64,000 nt of DNA from Spirochaetia bacterium (lineage in GTDB: Bacteria; Spirochaetota; Spirochaetia; SZUA-6; Bin103). The DNA lies in contig OZ241863.1 in the NCBI GenBank assembly GCA_965203055.1, positions 2,272,001-2,336,000 on the forward strand, read 5' to 3'. The position numbers and the translations under genes were made by a program. Shown here piece after piece: positions 61,377 to 64,000 of this stretch (position 1 is the first letter of the stretch; every line of letters starts with the position of its first letter). The notes below the pieces were generated by a model. The model saw only the letters and a list, made by a program, of their open reading frames with translations. It made no database searches and had not been told where the DNA came from.

Positions 61377-62044
61377 AGCTCAGCGTGGTCGTGCCGGCCC
61401 ACAACGAGGAGCGGGTGATCGGGCGCGCGCTCGGCGCCATCCGCCGGCAGGGCGCGGCGGTGCACGAGGTAATCGTGGTGTGCAACGGCTGCCGCGACCG
61501 GACCGCGGCCTGCGCGCGCCGCGCCGGCGCCGAGGTGCTGGTGACGGAACGGCGCGGCGTCAGCCTGGCGCGCAATCTGGGCGCGCGCCGCGCGGCCGGC
61601 GACCTGCTGCTGTTCGTGGATGCCGACGTGCGGTTGGCGCCGGGAGTGGCGGCGGCGATCGGCGGTTGGGCGCGCCGCCGGCGGCGGGTGGTCGGCACCG
61701 TGCGGGTGGTGCCCGACCGCCGCCGCTACCTGCTGCACTACGCCCTGGCGGCGGTGCTGATTCGTGCCCTGCGGCTCTCGTCCAACGGCCTCATCTTCTG
61801 TTCGGCGGCGTTGTTCCGCAGCGCCGGCGGGTTCCCCGAGGGGGTGCAGGTCGGCGAGGACAACCTGTTCATGCGCCGCGCGCGCCGCCTGCCGGGCGCC
61901 CGCTACCGGTTCGTCGGGAATCCGCCCGCAATTTCCGACACGCGCCGCCTGCGGCGCTGGGGCAGTCTCCGCCTGCTGTTCACCTGGCTGCGGTCGGCGC
62001 TGGCGCGGGACAAGAAGGCGGTAGACTACGCCGCGGTACGGTAA
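61373..62044 (+). CDS. GT2 glycosyltransferase
   Basis: SVVVPAHNEE, ARNLGA, LFVDAD and GGF...GED. Confidence 0.88.
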   Translation: MKLSVVVPAHNEERVIGRALGAIRRQGAAVHEVIVVCNGCRDRTAACARRAGAEVLVTERRGVSLARNLGARRAAGDLLLFVDADVRLAPGVAAAIGGWARRRRRVVGTVRVVPDRRRYLLHYALAAVLIRALRLSSNGLIFCSAALFRSAGGFPEGVQVGEDNLFMRRARRLPGARYRFVGNPPAISDTRRLRRWGSLRLLFTWLRSALARDKKAVDYAAVR

Positions 62045-62078
62045 CGAACCCCGGCCGGCGGCGGCCCGCCGCGGCGAG

Positions 62079-62828
62079 GTGCGGCTGGCCGCGCGCGGCC
62101 GGCGCTGGCGCGCCCGCTACCGCGCGCCGCTGTTCCTCAACGTGGTGCCGGTTGCCGGCGGCGCGCTGCTGGCGCTGCCGGTGGATCAGGGCGGCGGCCT
62201 GCGCAATGGCGAACGCCACCTGCAGCAGGTGCTGCTCGATTCCGGCGCCGAGCTGACCTGGGCCCCGCCGGCCAGCACCCTGTGCCTGCCGGGAGCGGGC
62301 GGGGCCGGCGCCCACCAGCAACTGGTGGCGGAGGTGCGCGGCGCCAGCTACCTGCGCCTCGCCGGCCGCCCGCTGATTCCCTTTGCCGGCGCCGCGGTGG
62401 AGCAGACCACCGTGGTGCGGATCGCTGCCGGCAGCGCGTGTCTGCTGGTCGAGAGCGGCTGCCCCGGGCGCACCCGGATGGGTGAGACCTGGGCATTCGC
62501 GCGCCTCGGCTACCACCTGACGGTGCTGCGCGGGCGCACCGTGGTGTACCGCGAACGCTGGCAGCTCCGGCCGCCGGCGGTGCCCCACGCGGCCAGCGGC
62601 TTCGGCGGCCACCTGGGTTGGGCAACCTGCCTGGCCTGCGGAGCACCGGCGGTGGCGGAACTGGAGCGGCTGCGCGGTTGGCTCGCCGCCGGCGGCGCCG
62701 CGGTGAGCCACGGCGCGATTAGCGACGACCTGGCGGTAGCGCGCGTCCTCGATCCGCACGGCGCCCTCGTCACCGGCATCGCCGACCGGGTGACGCGGGC
62801 CGCGGCCGCCGCGGCGGCGGGCGCTTGA
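62079..62828 (+). CDS. ureD: Urease accessory protein UreD (divergent)
   Basis: GGGLRNGE, PLIPFAGA..EQ.T.V and E...PGR..MGE.W.F follow the UreD pattern. Confidence 0.65.
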   Translation: MRLAARGRRWRARYRAPLFLNVVPVAGGALLALPVDQGGGLRNGERHLQQVLLDSGAELTWAPPASTLCLPGAGGAGAHQQLVAEVRGASYLRLAGRPLIPFAGAAVEQTTVVRIAAGSACLLVESGCPGRTRMGETWAFARLGYHLTVLRGRTVVYRERWQLRPPAVPHAASGFGGHLGWATCLACGAPAVAELERLRGWLAAGGAAVSHGAISDDLAVARVLDPHGALVTGIADRVTRAAAAAAAGA

Positions 62829-63583
62829 CGCGCGGCGGCGGGCGCGGCTTAGTTGTTGCCGCGGTGCCATTGCGGGTCACGATTCTTGCCGCACTTCAGG
62901 AGGAAGTGGACGCCTTTCGCGGCGCCCACCAACTGCGGCCGTTCGCCGGCCCGGCGCCGTTCGCCGGCTACCGGTTCCGGTTGGGGGAGTGCGGCGTCAC
63001 CCTGCTGCGGACCGGCGTCGGCAAGGCGTGCGCGGCGATGGCCGCGCAGTACGCCGTCGACCGGGAGCGGCCGGACTATCTGATCGCCGCCGGCATCGCC
63101 GGCAGCATCCGGCCCGGGCTGGCGCTCGGCGACGTGGTGGTGAGCCGCGACTGCGTGCAGCATGACCTGGACGTCACCGCCCTGGGCATTCCGCTGGGGC
63201 AGATCCCCTTTACCGGCTACCGCTTTCTGGCCGCCGACCCGAAGCTGCTGGCGCTGGCGCTGGCCGTGCCGCTGGCCGGCCGGCGCGTGGTGGCGGGCCG
63301 CATCCTCACCGGAGACCAGTTCATCAGCGCCAACGACGCTTCCCGGCAGCGCCGGCTACGCTCCCTGCAGGGTGACGTGGTGGAGATGGAAGGCGCCGCG
63401 ATTGCGCTGGTGGCGGCGGTCAACCGGATCCCCTTCGTGATCATCCGTTCGGTATCCGACCGCGCCGATGCCGCCGCTCCGGCCGACTTCAGCGCCGGCC
63501 TGCGCCGGGCGGCGGCCAACTCGCGCGCGGTCTGCGCCGGCCTCCTCGCCGGCCTGAACGACCACCCCCCGGCCGGCAACTGA
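62825..63583 (+). CDS. mtnN: 5'-methylthioadenosine/S-adenosylhomocysteine nucleosidase
   Basis: GVGKACAA, GIAGS, QHDLD, TGDQFI, VEMEGAA and RSVSDRA. The start may instead be near 62870. Confidence 0.9.
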   Translation: MTRGGGRGLVVAAVPLRVTILAALQEEVDAFRGAHQLRPFAGPAPFAGYRFRLGECGVTLLRTGVGKACAAMAAQYAVDRERPDYLIAAGIAGSIRPGLALGDVVVSRDCVQHDLDVTALGIPLGQIPFTGYRFLAADPKLLALALAVPLAGRRVVAGRILTGDQFISANDASRQRRLRSLQGDVVEMEGAAIALVAAVNRIPFVIIRSVSDRADAAAPADFSAGLRRAAANSRAVCAGLLAGLNDHPPAGN

Positions 63584-63662
63584 CGCCCCGGTACATGGTC
63601 CGATTCTCCCCGGCGGCCGTTACGGGGTATATTCGAGCAGCGCAGGTGCCGGCGCCGCACCT

Positions 63663-63748
63663 GCCGGAGTGGTGGAATTGGTAGACACTGGGGACTTAAA
63701 ATCCCTTGGTCCTGACCGACCGTGCCGGTTCGAGTCCGGCCTCCGGCA
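63663..63748 (+). tRNA. tRNA-Leu (anticodon TAA), long variable arm, CCA not encoded
   Basis: Acceptor stem GCCGGAG/CTCCGGC, D-loop GGAATTGGTAGAC, anticodon arm GGGGA-CTTAAAA-TCCCT, and T-arm GGTTCGAGTCC. Confidence 0.93.
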
Positions 63749-64000
63749 ACGCGCCCGCCGCGGCCCGGAGCTGGCCGTCGACCGCGGCGCGAAAGCCGGC
63801 GTCGGCGGCGAGCAGCTCCAGGCCGAAGCCGCTGGCGGTCAACCCTCGGCCGCCGCCGAACGACCGCTGCGAGCACACCACCCGCGCCGCGGCCGCGGCG
63901 AAGGGGCCGCCGTCCGCAGCTACCACCACCTCCACTTCCTCGTCCAGATCGAGCAGGCCCAGGTCGTCGCTGGCGAGGAACGCGCGGCGCGCGGAAAGTT
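63696..64000 (-). CDS. 3' end of a hypothetical gene entering from the window edge (weakly PilZ-like)
   Basis: Open frame LSARRAFL...EVEVVV...ARVV...GFGLEL, with its stop inside the antisense of the tRNA. Confidence 0.3.
   Translation of the reverse strand, partial: LSARRAFLASDDLGLLDLDEEVEVVVAADGGPFAAAAARVVCSQRSFGGGRGLTASGFGLELLAADAGFRAAVDGQLRAAAGALPEAGLEPARSVRTKGF

Noticed and set aside
63663..63760. Integrative element attachment at the tRNA
   Set aside because: No integrase and no duplicate of the tRNA 3' end was seen in the window.

Overview
64 kb of a very GC-rich bacterial chromosome. The solute-binding-protein signal peptides ending AGGEEE/AGGEDE suggest a Spirochaetota lineage, and the gene content would fit a host-associated (e.g. 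sponge) symbiont; both points are inference. In order, the window holds: (1) a NACHT-like gene cut by a frameshifted ISL3; (2) a family-5 ABC importer with a catabolic operon, whose fused ATPase carries an in-frame TAG; (3) a DRB0094/Rnl5 RNA ligase, hipBA and a class II Fic gene; (4) a candidate novel glycolipid cluster (MMPL, GT1, SDR, tandem OleA-like thiolase, LuxE-like, LuxC-like, OleD-like) lacking luxAB and oleBC; (5) two OMP beta-barrel paralogs; (6) a lower-GC island with a SNF2 helicase and an Hsp70/actin-fold ATPase, a candidate defence pair; (7) a PhyH-HEAT fusion; (8) a 4 kb mosaic of IS21 remnants, three rpn copies (two with a strong internal start for a small C-terminal protein), a truncated vapBC and decayed local duplications; (9) a sigma54-driven urtABCDE-ureABCFG operon with ureD displaced and no ureE; (10) a second MMPL/GT1 lipid-modification cluster; (11) mtnN and tRNA-Leu(TAA). 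All functional calls come from motif recognition by eye; no searches were run.
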